Shown one piece after another: positions 15,507 to 32,519 of a stretch of 64,000 nucleotides of DNA (its first letter is position 1; each line of letters starts with the position of its first letter). The notes under the pieces were generated by a model, which was not told the origin of the DNA, made no database searches, and saw only the letters and a list, made by a program, of their open reading frames with translations. Source of the stretch: the human T2T-CHM13v2.0 reference genome, Homo sapiens; assembly GCF_009914755.1 (NCBI RefSeq), contig NC_060928.1; one strand, given 5' to 3'. Position numbers and translations under genes: made by a program.

Positions 15507-15811
15507 TTTTTTTTTTTTTTTTTTTTTTGAGACAGAGTCTTGCTCTGTTGCCCAGGCTGGAGTGCAGTGGCATGATCTCGGCTCACTGCAACCTCTGCCT
15601 CCCAGATTCAAGCAATTTTTAGAGGCCTCAGCCTCCCAAGTAGCTGGGACTACAGGTATGCGCCATCATGCCTTGCTAATTTTTGTCTTTTTAGTAGAGA
15701 CAGAGTTTCGCCATATTGGCCAGGCTCGTCTTGAACTCCTGACCTCAAGTGATCCACCTGCCTTGGCCTCCCCAAGTGCTGGGATAACAGGCCTGAGTCA
15801 CCATGCCCAGA
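15507..15811 (-). mobile_element. AluS-type element
   Basis: Poly-T followed by an antisense Alu dimer. Confidence 0.95.
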
Positions 15812-17773
15812 CTTACATTTTTTAGTAGTCAGATTTCACTAATATATTCCTCTATGGCTTCCAGTTTTGATACTCTTTAGAACTATTTAGAAACTATTTT
15901 CCACCCAAGATTATAGAAATACTCATCTAAAATAGCTTCTCAAAACCTTACAGCTTTACTTTTTACATTTAAATCTTGAGCAATCTTCGATTTAATAACA
16001 ATATTTATTGAATTCTTACAATGTGATAAGCAGAAAGAAGGAAGATTAGGATGCAATTTTTTCCCCTAAATTATCAGATATATTTGGGTCAATTTTGCAC
16101 TTTTTGCTCTTGTTGTGAGGTTGACCTATCTTTTGCTGAACCTGTAACAGGCTGTTTTAGCTGTATAGCTTTTAACATATTTACTATCTGGTAGCCTAAC
16201 TCTTCCTTCACTATCCCCTCCCCCCACCCATACAATATTCCTAAATTACTTATACTTAAGAAACTAGAGTCTAACAGAGTTGGCTTCTGGACCTGGACAG
16301 CTTGTTTTAAATCCCAGTTCAGCATTTTAAAAATAGGCAACCAAATTTTGGATCTCCACAAGGCTTTAAACTACTCATCATCCATTTTCAGGGACTTCAG
16401 AAAACACTTTTTCTTCCTGTAGGGTAAAGTATAATTAACTATTTTAAAGCATTTATTTTAAACTTCAGTGCTTAGTTACACCACTTGTGTTGTCTGTGCC
16501 ACTGTTGTGCCCTCATGACATATAATATCCACTTAGAAAGACAAACAGTGCAAATGGCAGTGGGGAGGGCCTGTTCATCTGAGCTTCAAACTTATTCATT
16601 TTCAGTATTCATAATACATTTCTAGAGTTCATCATGGTAAAAACAGATGAGATTTTGGGAGATTACTCTGGTGTGCTTTAGTCTATTGTGCATGGTGAAA
16701 AGTGATACTAGGGATATGTATTTATCCTAATAGAAACAGTCACTAAGAATTTAGGTATCTAGGGTGTCCAAAAAAAGATATAAAACAAAGTGGATTTGGA
16801 TGAATTATCTTATTCTGATGAATGCACAAAATCCAGGGCAAAATGCTCCTCCAGGATCTATATTGTTCAACTGAGGCATGTGCACTGATATGAGTATCAA
16901 ATTCCCTGATCTTTGCTTCATTTTGGAATCTGCAGCTACAGTTTCAGGGAGAAGCCAGCAGGTTCTCCCAAGTATACTAGGATATGCTTTGCTTCTGTGG
17001 GTGTGTGTGAGGCAGGGAAGGAGAAAAAGGGGTGGGGCTAGGGGGAGTGGTGCAAGCCCAGCACAGTGATCTGAGAGTTCAATGCTGCCTTAAGTAGCTA
17101 CTACGCATCTATGACATTCCAAGGCTCAGGGAAAAGAAGTTAACAAATAGCATATTTGGTATGGGAAAACCCACAAGGAGGTCCGGCTATTTGGGCAATT
17201 CTATTTACTGTGACACAGAGTGCCTCTTTTTGCAAAATTATATCAGCCTACTATCTATTTTCCTCCCAAAGGCACTTTATACTTGAGTGGTGAGAAGTTG
17301 CTATTATGTAATTATTGTGTGCTCTGGAAAAGCTCTACAGTCAGGGAGAAAATGTGTGACCAGGACACATATGACCTGGCTGCCAGACGACAGCAGAGGA
17401 GCATCCTGTATTTTTAGTGCTTCCTTTTCCCTTGAGAGTGCTCCATTGCCAGGATCTAATTTGGTATATGCAGATTAATAAGGAATCAAAACAGAAGTTC
17501 ACAAAGCCAAATATTGTTTAATAACTAGGAAAGCTTTACTTGTAAATTCAAACCAGGTTGTTTAGACATTGTATTAATAAAATATCTAGAATAGCAGTAC
17601 AGTGCTAGACATTTCACAAAGCCTGTAATCCCATTCTTCCCTGGGACCCTGGAGAGTGACAGCATCTCTCCCTGGGTTTGTTTGATCAAAAATCCTTTTT
17701 CAACCTCCTGTATTCTTTTCTCTACACTAATCTTTACTTCAATCTCAGTCTCACTGTTGGCCCTCTAGAACTT

Positions 17774-17950
17774 AGGTGACAAAAAAAAAAATTTATATTG
17801 TCCCATTTGTAGATATCTTCTATTTGTACACTTAATATCCACTTTTTCAAAACTATAGTCCTCAGGTGACCAAAAAAACTTATATTGTCCCATTTGTAGA
17901 TATTTTCTATTTGTACACTTAATATCTACTTTTTCAAAACTATAGTCCTC
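17774..17950. repeat. Tandem duplication (90 bp + 87 bp units)
   Basis: aggtgac(A-run)...ttatattgtcccatttgtagatat...ttcaaaactatagtcctc occurs twice head to tail. Confidence 0.95.
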
Positions 17951-19299
17951 TCTTGTTGATCATTTATTCTCAGGAGGAATGTGTATGAAATTATTTTAAA
18001 AACTGCAAAATACCATATAAATGTAAAGTGTAATTACTACTTTTTGCATCAACAAGTATATTTTTAATAAACACAGATGTAAAAATCCTAAATACAGTAC
18101 TCACAAACAGAATCCAATAATACAGTAAAAAAACTTCATGACCAAGTGGGATTTATCCTAGGAATGTGAAGATGATTTAATATTAGAAAATATATTAGTA
18201 CATTTTAGTACATTAACAAATTAAAGGAATAAGGCATACAATTATATTACATAGCTAGTTGTCCTCCAATATTGGGCCTTTCTTCCTTCTACAGTATGAA
18301 TGTTTTAGCTAGGCATAGGCTGTCCAGTGAAAAGGCTCCCCTGCAGCTGGGTGTGGTGTGTGATTAGTATTTGGTCATCTAGGTGTGAGTACAGATGATA
18401 CTCGCCACTCCAGGAACTTATCTACAAAAGAACTGAGTGTGTGCTCTCCAGGTCCCTTCTCTCCCTTCCTTTTGACTTCAGATGGAGAGACATGAGCAGC
18501 CAGCTTCACAGAGAAGGAACCCATCTGTTGAGGACTGAACTCATTCCTGATTCTTTTTATGAGTAATAAAAGGAAATTTCTTTAATGTGATAATAAGTAT
18601 CATTAAGAAATATTCCATTAAATGGGGGAAAAGCACTGGAAGTTTTTCAGTTAAAATCATGAATAAGACAGGATGAGCCAACATTGTAAGAAGTTATACT
18701 TGGTGCAAGAGACAAAGAAATTGGATGCTAAGTCTTGGAAAGAAGAGCACACACTATCATTATTTGGGGTATCACATGACCATGTATAAAAGACAAGATA
18801 ATTATGTTATTAAAATTAGAAAACCATTCAGGACTCTTCTCAGAAGTTACAGAGGGGAATCCATATTGACAAATGCAGACTGTACCTCCCTACCATCAAG
18901 TAAGTGATGAGAATACTTAAATATATACAATTTAATGTTGTCAATTATACATCAGTAAAGCTAGGAAAAATGTGAAAAAACTAGAAAGAAATAAATTATT
19001 CAACAGCAGTAAAATAAGTAAGTAATCTGTGGTTTACTTTTACTAAGAATTGATAATTCACAATGTCTTGACAATGTCACCATGTCTGTTTATGAGAGAA
19101 CTCAGTTATATTTGTAATACATGTACATTTTCAATCTGAGGTATTTCATTTTATCTTTAATTCTGAAACATTTTTCTTCATATTTTATTACAGTATTTCC
19201 TCCTAAATTTTTTCTCTCCTGTGATTCCTATTATCCTGTTGGGGTAGCACCTCCTTTTCTTCCTCCATATTTCTTATACCCCTCTCATTTGAAAAAAAA

Positions 19300-20480
<1,181 letters not shown>

Positions 20481-20602
20481 ATATCTCTTCATTCATTGTG
20501 AGTGACTTCTAATTTTTGAAGCTGATCTTCCAGCTCATAAATTTGTCTTTATTGTATCCATTTATATTTTATCCCATATTTTAGTGCTCTTTGTTTAAAC
20601 TA

Positions 20603-21190
<588 letters not shown>

Positions 21191-21859
21191 TATTGTATTT
21201 TTCACACTAAATATTTCCCATTGTGTGTGTATGTGTTTTATAAAACAACTTCTAGTTCCTGCTGCATAGAATCTTCCCTTAATATTTGTGGTCCATTTTT
21301 AAACCATTCTTTCTCAGGTGGTATCTACTCATTTGGTACTATCTTTAATAATGGTGGGATTCCTCTGTTGTTTTGATAACTTCCTAATGAGCTCATGTTC
21401 CCCTGATAGAACCAGTTTCTCTGCCTGATCCTATTTTCTGGGGAAAACCAAGGTGGAGGTCTTAGTCTTGTTCCTCCAGAAGATCCAGAACAGAGTTGAG
21501 TATGTTTAGACAGCCCCAAGCACCAAGAAACAACCAATGAGGCTTCCCATGAGGGCAGGCTCTCTGCAGTATTACTGGCTTCTCACCCTCCTCTCAGATG
21601 ACCCCATGTACCTTTTGCCTGAGGCATTGCTGAAGTTCCGGCCTTCTATGTCATGAGTTCTCACTCAGATCCTCATTCGATCATCGAATCCAACATAATT
21701 TCCTTTTTCAAACCCTTCCTATGTGACTCTTAGAAATTTAAGCCTCTAGTTAACAAATTCCCTAACAGCCCTGGTGTTAGAATAATCCCTTCAGTTCCTT
21801 GATCCTTAACCTTCTTGCTTTGATTGGTTCGGCTTTCCTATGAAGACACTGATTTCTCT

Positions 21860-22720
21860 GCATTACGGTGAAGGAAAGAATTTTTTAAATTAAATTTATT
21901 TTTATTAAGCCCCATTCATTCCACATGCCTCAGCACCAGAAGATGGTTTGCTGAGTGTGCTCTATCTTGTATCTCCAGATCATTACTTCTAGCCCCATCA
22001 CATCCTCCTTCAAAAGCCACTCATCTTTTGAGATTCTTTTCACTTGGATTTACAACCTTGTCCCATCTCTCCTTGCCACCATCTGCCAACCTCCTGTTAT
22101 CTCCTCTTTCCCTCAGTTAACTCCTAGCTCACAATATTCATCCTCCTCAAATCAGAATCTCAGTGTTTGCGAGGATGACCCAGCCAGTACTCGAGCCTGT
22201 CCATTGCTTGCTCCTTTCCTCCCTGTTGACCTTTGCCTCCATTGCTCCCTAGACACACGTTCCCACTGTTGTATCCTGGACCTTGTCAGCACTAGAAAGT
22301 GCACCACCTCTGGAATGCTGACTTCAAAGACGTCATTTTCCAGTGCCACTTCCTCTTCTTCCAGATCTCTTTGCTCAGTCATGCCCACCCTATTACTCCC
22401 CTCTACTTTCTATCCATCAACCCTCTCCTGGCCTCCCTTCTCTCCCTACCAGCCCACATTCCATGATCCACCATTATAAACTCTTCTTAAAATACCCTTA
22501 GCTCCCCTGCACTTCTATTTCTCCATGGAACCTGCCCTACAAAATTTGCTTTTTCTATGCTTCCACCTCTTCATGTGAACATTGCTAAGAGGGAAATCTC
22601 ACAAGTCACCTTTTTTTCACTTGAAATTTATGATCACTATCCTCAGTTGAACACCTGCTATCACCCTGCTTTCCTCTATTTTGGACTCACTCCCCCTTTG
22701 TCCAAATGATGACCTCATAC
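21860..22720 (+). mobile_element. Degraded L2 ORF2-region fragment
   Basis: Pyrimidine-rich decayed endonuclease-like stretch (ccttgccaccatctgccaacctcct, ctggaccttgtc). Confidence 0.5.
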
Positions 22721-24260
22721 CTTTATGTCTCTCCGGGAACCTCCCACACCCCCTCCCACCCACATTCTAAATCAGTGATGTTACCACAGAAGTCGTTGAG
22801 AAAAAATACCCACAAGAGGCAAATATCCTGTCCTATTATTAAATGAGATAATTCACAATGGATTATTTGGCACAGGGCTTTCCATACAGAACCCACTAAG
22901 TAGATGTTAACTTTTATTAGTACCATTACTGTTGTCTTACCACTGCCAAATACACAAATCAGCCTGCATCTGTGCCTCCTTCTCTTGTTACAATTCAGTC
23001 CAATTTCCCTCTACTATAATGACCTAATCCAATCAGTATGATTCCCTCACCTGTCACAGTCACTACTGCTCAGGTAGGGGCAGGGCACATAAGAATTTTA
23101 TTTGAGTTATAACGAAGCAAAGGCCTTCTTTTGGTCTTAAACTGGAGCATCTGTGGTTGTGAGAGTCACTTTCAATCCATGAGACGAAAATTCCAAGAAG
23201 AGAGCTGGCAATGAAAGAGGAGAGCCATAAATAACCTGATGACATGATTTGAGCCTTGATCAAGCCACATCTGAAGTCAGTCTACCTTTGGGTTTTGCAG
23301 TTATTTTGCTTAAAGTGGTTTGGTTTGAATTTTCTGCACTTTACGTCCATATTATATAACCAGGTAGTGACACACACAAAAATGAATCCAGGTCTTCTGA
23401 ATTCCCAACCAGAGTCACTGAACCTCTCATATACTCCCATGTAATTTCTTAGGTGGTCTATAATTTAATTTTACTTCAATCAACTTATTTGAATTCACAT
23501 TCGAATTCGCCATTAGCGTTTTCATACATTTCAGAAAAGAATATCCATATTACACTAAATTATTGCTCTCTGCCTTGCACATACGATTCCAAAGTCATCC
23601 TAGACCATGAATAAGCAGTCATTCCATATGGCTCCAAAGTGTGTTCTATCCGCTTTTCTACACTAGGGAGAAGTTAGTACTATCCTGAAATATGTATCTT
23701 TCCTGAAACTCATGGTATTACCATACTTGTTGAAGATGGGGAGTGTGCTGTCTGGAAGACAATCTTAGTCTGAACAATAAAAATAGTTCCCAAGAGATAA
23801 AAACTTAAATTGATAGGACTAATTTAGGAGTTTGAAAATGTATCATTCAGGAACCAAATTGATAACCTGTAGAGCCAACCAACTGACTTGATTTCTCCAG
23901 AAGACCTGCAAGCTCAAAATATGTAAGGCTCATATAAGTTGCTGAATGAACACTGGTTAATCTGTGCTCCCCCAAGACTCTGCTGCCAACTTGAAATATG
24001 TCAAATGCTGATGTTCCTGAAGTGCATTGTAATTTCACAACAGATCCTCTCAGTGTAGATTTGTCATTACAGTTAGAGCTAACTGTTACAGAATTTAAAA
24101 ACATATTTAAAGGAGATGCTAACAATAGCCAATTTTATTTTCCTTAGAATGGCTCTAGTAACAATTATCTCACTGATGTCAATTCCTCAGCTATACTTGA
24201 GGTGATCAATGACTCATACTTTTTTGAAAGTTTGTAGACATTCCTATTCTACAACTGTAT

Positions 24261-24470
24261 AGAATTATTTATGAATTTGTGGTAACTGTAGGGTGAGTGA
24301 TAAATGTAGAATAAGAATTATTGAATTATTGAAGGTTGACTTATTACATTATTGAGTGATGAATACAGAATTATTTATTGAAGGTTGACTTATTACATTA
24401 TTGAGTGATGAATACAGAATTATTTATGAATTTGTGATAACTGTATGGGGAGTGATGAATATAGAATAAG
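24261..24470. repeat. Nested A-B-B-A' duplication
   Basis: Two identical 49-bp units (24326-24374, 24375-24423) flanked by diverged 55-bp units (24261-24315, 24416-24470). Confidence 0.9.
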
Positions 24471-24758
24471 GCATTGTATTTAGAGATTCACCTGTAGGGT
24501 TTTCTTAGAAAATATTCAGTAAATCAGTCTTAAAAAATAACTTGCTGCTAGTTCTGTGAGCATTTCAAATGGCTAAAAATAATATGATAGAGTCCAGGCT
24601 GAAATGAAACAAATCATAGAATACTAAATTGATTTTACAATAATTCCATTTTCATTAAAGTCAGTTTCTATTAGAGCAAATAATAATGCTTAAATAACTT
24701 TCTGCTTATATATAAAATATATTAAATTCTAATTTTTGCTGGACAAAAAACAATATAT

Positions 24759-24988
24759 AGTCGTTCTTTGGTGTATGCAAGGAATTGCTTCCAGGACCCC
24801 CACATATACCAAAATCTGCCCATACTCAGTAGGCCCGCAATTGGCCCTGAGGAACCTGTGTATACAAAAAGTAGCCTCTCTGTATATGCAGGTTTCACAT
24901 CTCAGGAATACTCTATTTTCAATCTGAATTTGACTGGAAAAAATCTGCATGTAAACAGACCAAACCTTTGTTGTTCAAGGTTCAACTG
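24759..24988. mobile_element. MER8-like MITE, opposite orientation to the 20603 copy
   Basis: agtcgttctttgg...ttccaggaccccc...tgttgttcaaggttcaactg|ta. Confidence 0.75.
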
Positions 24989-25795
24989 TACATGTAAGTC
25001 TCATTAAGGAGCAGACTAGTGGAATCACAGTATAGGAGACTATGAGAGACCAAAATTTCCCAGCATTTCAATCTTGATAACAATATCATAAATGAAATTA
25101 AATAGCAGAATCATTTACCATAACTTCTAGCTGGGTGACTTTGGAAGACTTATTAAACCTTGAAGCTTCAGGTTCATTATTTTCACACTCTCATATGAAA
25201 TGTACCAAAACAAAAGGGCTGAGTAAGGATTAAATGAAAGAATGCACACAAAGAACCTAGAACACACATTACATTCAGTAAGTATTAACAGTTATTATTA
25301 TCATCATCAACATTTATCAAATAAATACTTAGAGCATTCTAGATAGTATGAAACCTGCATTTAGACCAAAGGAGGCAGAGTGGGAAGGAGCACACTAACC
25401 TTGGCTTCCACTGGGGTCCAGGGACAAGGATGAGCTTACGGACAACTGAGAGCACCTGGATATTGTAGGGACCTCTGAAAACAGCTGGGGACCATGAAGC
25501 CCAAACTGGGCAAGTTGCCATTTCTGCAACGTTAAAAGGTAAACTTTCCACCTGTTTTGGTCAATGAACGGAAACTCGAAGGCTGATGAATGCAAAATCA
25601 ATCTTCAAAGTAAAAAATGAATAACTGGGTTAGCAATTAATGGTTCAATTCATATTACTCTCTTAAGGTAGTGAAAAATAAAAATTGTGTAATTTTTAGT
25701 CTGAAACTCACATAATAAAAGAAAACATGCAATTGTGTTTTATTTTGCTTTGAACTACTGGGAAAAATCACAATGAATCCCCTTAAGGCTATTTC

Positions 25796-26109
<314 letters not shown>

Positions 26110-26240
26110 TAACAATACATGGCAAGAACCTAGAATTACAATTAAAAAACAATCACAGTATCATGGATCTAATGAACTTCTAGATATTTATGATACACTA
26201 TTCTGTACCATTGGAATGGGAAAATATAGATGAAGCACCT

Positions 26241-26609
26241 TGATATGGTTTGGCTGTGTCCCCCTGCCCCCAGATCTCATCTTGAATTATAGTTCCCATA
26301 ATCCCCATGTGTAGTGGGAGGAGCTGGGTGGGAGGTAGTTGAATCATGTGGGCAGTTTCCCCCACACTATTCTTGTGATAGCAAGTTCTTATGAGATCTG
26401 ATGCTTTTAAAGGGGCTTCCCCCTTTGCTCAGCTCTCATTCTTCTCCTTCCTGCTGCCATGTGAAGAACGTGTTTGCTTCCCCTTCCGCATGATTGTAAG
26501 TTTCCTGAGGCCTCCCCAGCCCTATGGAACTGAGTCAATTAAATGTCTTTCCTTTATAAATTACCAGTCTCAGGCAGTTCGTTATAGAGCATGAGAACAG
26601 ACTAATACA
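26241..26609 (+). mobile_element. THE1 (MaLR) solo LTR
   Basis: tgatatggtttggctgtgtcccc...gactaataca; 5-bp TSD cacct/tacct. Confidence 0.9.
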
Positions 26610-26942
26610 TACCTCTTCTCAAAAATTTTTGGTTATTTGTTTGGCAGAAGTTATCTGGAAATTCCCAATTTACTGTATAATTACCAACTGTCTCATTACT
26701 TTTACTTGCTTAATAATTTCTACGTGTAAGTATTCAACAACTTGTCTTCAGCAGTCTTTGAAAGTAGAAGTGAGAGATTCCTTTATTAAAGGCTCAGATT
26801 GGAAAATCCCTGTTTTTAAGGCCAATTAAAGTTTACTATTTTGGTTTCTAGAAGCTGGAAATCCCCATATAGTTTTCCCTATAGTAAGATGACGTATACT
26901 ATAAATTCAACAAGTATTAAGGTCAAGTTAAAAGACCAACTA

Positions 26943-29931
<2,989 letters not shown>

Positions 29932-30349
29932 TATTAATATCTTGAGGAGTGAAATAGCAAAAACAGGATAGAACTTGGTGATATACCTTGGCAGATAAAA
30001 AATGGGCCTCTTAAGGATCAGAGCTCAAGCTCCAAATAAAACACTACATATCCTTTGGCTTGATACATAAATTATTGGGATGAGTTCTGATAACCATTGG
30101 TATGAAAAGGTTTTTAGACTAATATGTAAGTGAACAGAGTCTATAAATCTTCTTGGTCTTTATTCTCTCTATCAGTATTCTTAGGGCAGGTAGAATTGAA
30201 TGCATTTTAGGAAGATCTCAAGTCTAGGATGGGAAGAAGGGTTCGGCAACTGAGTTTGTATTCTGAAAAAGCTACAAAGGTCTGAAACATACCTTCCTGT
30301 CCTTTGTTTGATACAGTCTACACTGTAAATCAAAAAGTGTCTATAACAG

Positions 30350-30800
30350 ATGCTGTCCATTACACTCCCCTATCCCATACATTTTAGTGCACATTGTCTT
30401 GATTTTCAATTGCCAGCACCTGTATTTCTTTGCTTAAGTGACTTTCTGGACCACTGACTATCACTCTCACTTTGTGTGGGCCAAGGGAAAGGAGGAATTG
30501 CTACCACCTAGGAGCAGCCATGAACTAATGACTAAAAAAGTGGGTGTATAAATACCTCAGTTTCCTCCCTCACTGTGCTAGTGAAACTCTGCTGCACATT
30601 TTCTGCACTGTTTCCCAGAGCTCCCCAGTGGCATTAAGCTTCATTACTTCCTTGATAACATATGATTTATTGGCTCCTTTCCTTCCCTGTTGCATTTCTC
30701 CACTCCCAAACAAGTGTTTCCTGGAATCAACTTTTAAATAAATGGCTTGGCCCTGAATTTTGTCTCAGTCCTGCTTATAAATAAACCCAAACCAAGACTG
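30350..30800 (+). mobile_element. LTR16-like ERVL LTR
   Basis: gcagcc...aatgact...gggtgtataaatacctcag...cccagtgg...aacccaaaccaagac. Confidence 0.55.
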
Positions 30801-31259
30801 TGCCAAAAATTACTTCTCTCTTTTTTCTTTCTTCATAGTTCTCTGATGTCCTAAATACCAGCTATAATGGCTCATGCCTTAGTGACACTACACTGCCTCC
30901 TAAATATCACTCTTTAATAATTTGTTTACAAAGAGAAAGAAAACAGCGAATGCAAAAACATGAATTACATGAATTTTGCCCCTCCCATTTTTAACTTAAA
31001 AAGGAGAATCATTCAGCATAAGTAGTTCTAGAATCTTTTCTTTAATACCTTTTCACGCCCAATTAACACAAAAATAGTTGCAGTTACACACAGCTACTGA
31101 AAACCACCAAACTGCCTATCTGAAGGGAGAGTCAAGGATCCTTCTCTTCCACCTCTGACCTTATGAGAGAATGATATTTTTTGGGTATTTTGGGTATTAA
31201 AGAGAGAGCATTCACTGAGATATTCTGTAAACTAAACTCATCAGATATTCTGTAAAGCT

Positions 31260-31645
31260 TTCTGTCTAATGTAGCCACTAGCCACATGGAAACAAATTAG
31301 GTATGAAAATTTAGTTTTCAACCTTGAGCTTTATGAAATGTAAATATAGATCAAGTATTACTAATGAAAATTTAGTAACCAAATTGAGATGTGCTGAAGT
31401 GTAAAATATATACTGGAATTTGAAGACCTAGTATAAAAATCTAAATAATTGTTACTAATGAGATATTTATAAACATATATTTTTATATTGATTAAATTTT
31501 GAAATGACATTTTGGATATATGGGTTATATAAGATATTTTAGTTTTAATTTTGCTTGCTTCTATTTCCTTTTTTAAAAATGTGGCCACCTAAAAATTTAA
31601 AATTAAATGTGTGGCTCACATTGTATTTCTATTGGACAGAACTGT
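31260..31645. mobile_element. MER33-like hAT MITE
   Basis: tgtctaatgtagccactagccacatg...aaaattaaatgtgtggctcacattgtatttctattggacag. Confidence 0.7.
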
Positions 31646-32519
31646 TCAGTCAGTTTATTGACAGATTTTGTTTGCTAGTCTAGGGGGCACAATCACTGGT
31701 GTATAAAAAGATTAAGGCAAGGAAATAACACCCTCTCCACTAAAGGATTTGACATTTTAAGTGGAGTGTCACAGGTTCAGTAATAATATTGCAGCCAAGC
31801 TTAAAAGCAAAATTAAAAAGTAAAGCCATATAAAACTTTCTCAGGGAGTGTGGCTGTTCTCTTCTATAAATAGATTACTTATATTAAATTACGGAAAGTG
31901 ATTTAAGAAACAACGTTACCCTCTTTAAAAGCCCACAAAACTTGCTCTGCCTGAACAAGGAAGAAAATGCGCTGCCCACGTCTGCTTTCTAGAACCTGAA
32001 CGGAAAGACAGAATAAGGCAATTAGGTACTACAAGGGGGTTACACAATCTACTCTGATATCATTTACTCCTTCATTTTACAGAGAAAGAAAATGAGTCTC
32101 AGCCTGGCTAGGTGACTTATTTAAGTTTAGAAATGGTTTTGTTCTTTCTGAAAGAAAAGAAAAGCAATTCTCAAAGATATAATTTATATTCCCACTAGTA
32201 AAATAAACTTTCCATCATTGCAAAGCTCACGTTTGAACCAGCAGCTCTCAGATGCATCCACCATCAACTCTTCTTGATAGCTCCCTGCATATCTCTTTCC
32301 ATATTTTAAGTAATATGTTTATAGTAATATTTCTTGGTTTATCAATTTTAGACATTTTCTACTGCCATCCTGTCATGGTAGATGAAGACTTAACTCACAC
32401 TCACCCCTACCATTCCTCCTTATTTCCTAATCCTTCACTGGATGAATAGGCACATCAATAGTCCTTCTATGCAAATACCGTTTACTGTACAGCCAAGTAG
32501 TATATTACAATTATGAAGC

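Noticed and set aside
15404-15825. Alu-derived ORFs (also near 19.4, 20.8, 25.7, 29.4, 51.6 and 58.2 kb)
   Set aside because: Typical spurious Alu translations.
21955-22479. 174-aa Ser/Pro-rich ORF, the longest in the track
   Set aside because: Lies in pyrimidine-rich decayed L2-like sequence, with no recognisable domain or splice structure.
24261-24470. CRISPR-like repeat array
   Set aside because: Eukaryotic context, no unique spacers and no cas genes; it is a simple nested duplication.
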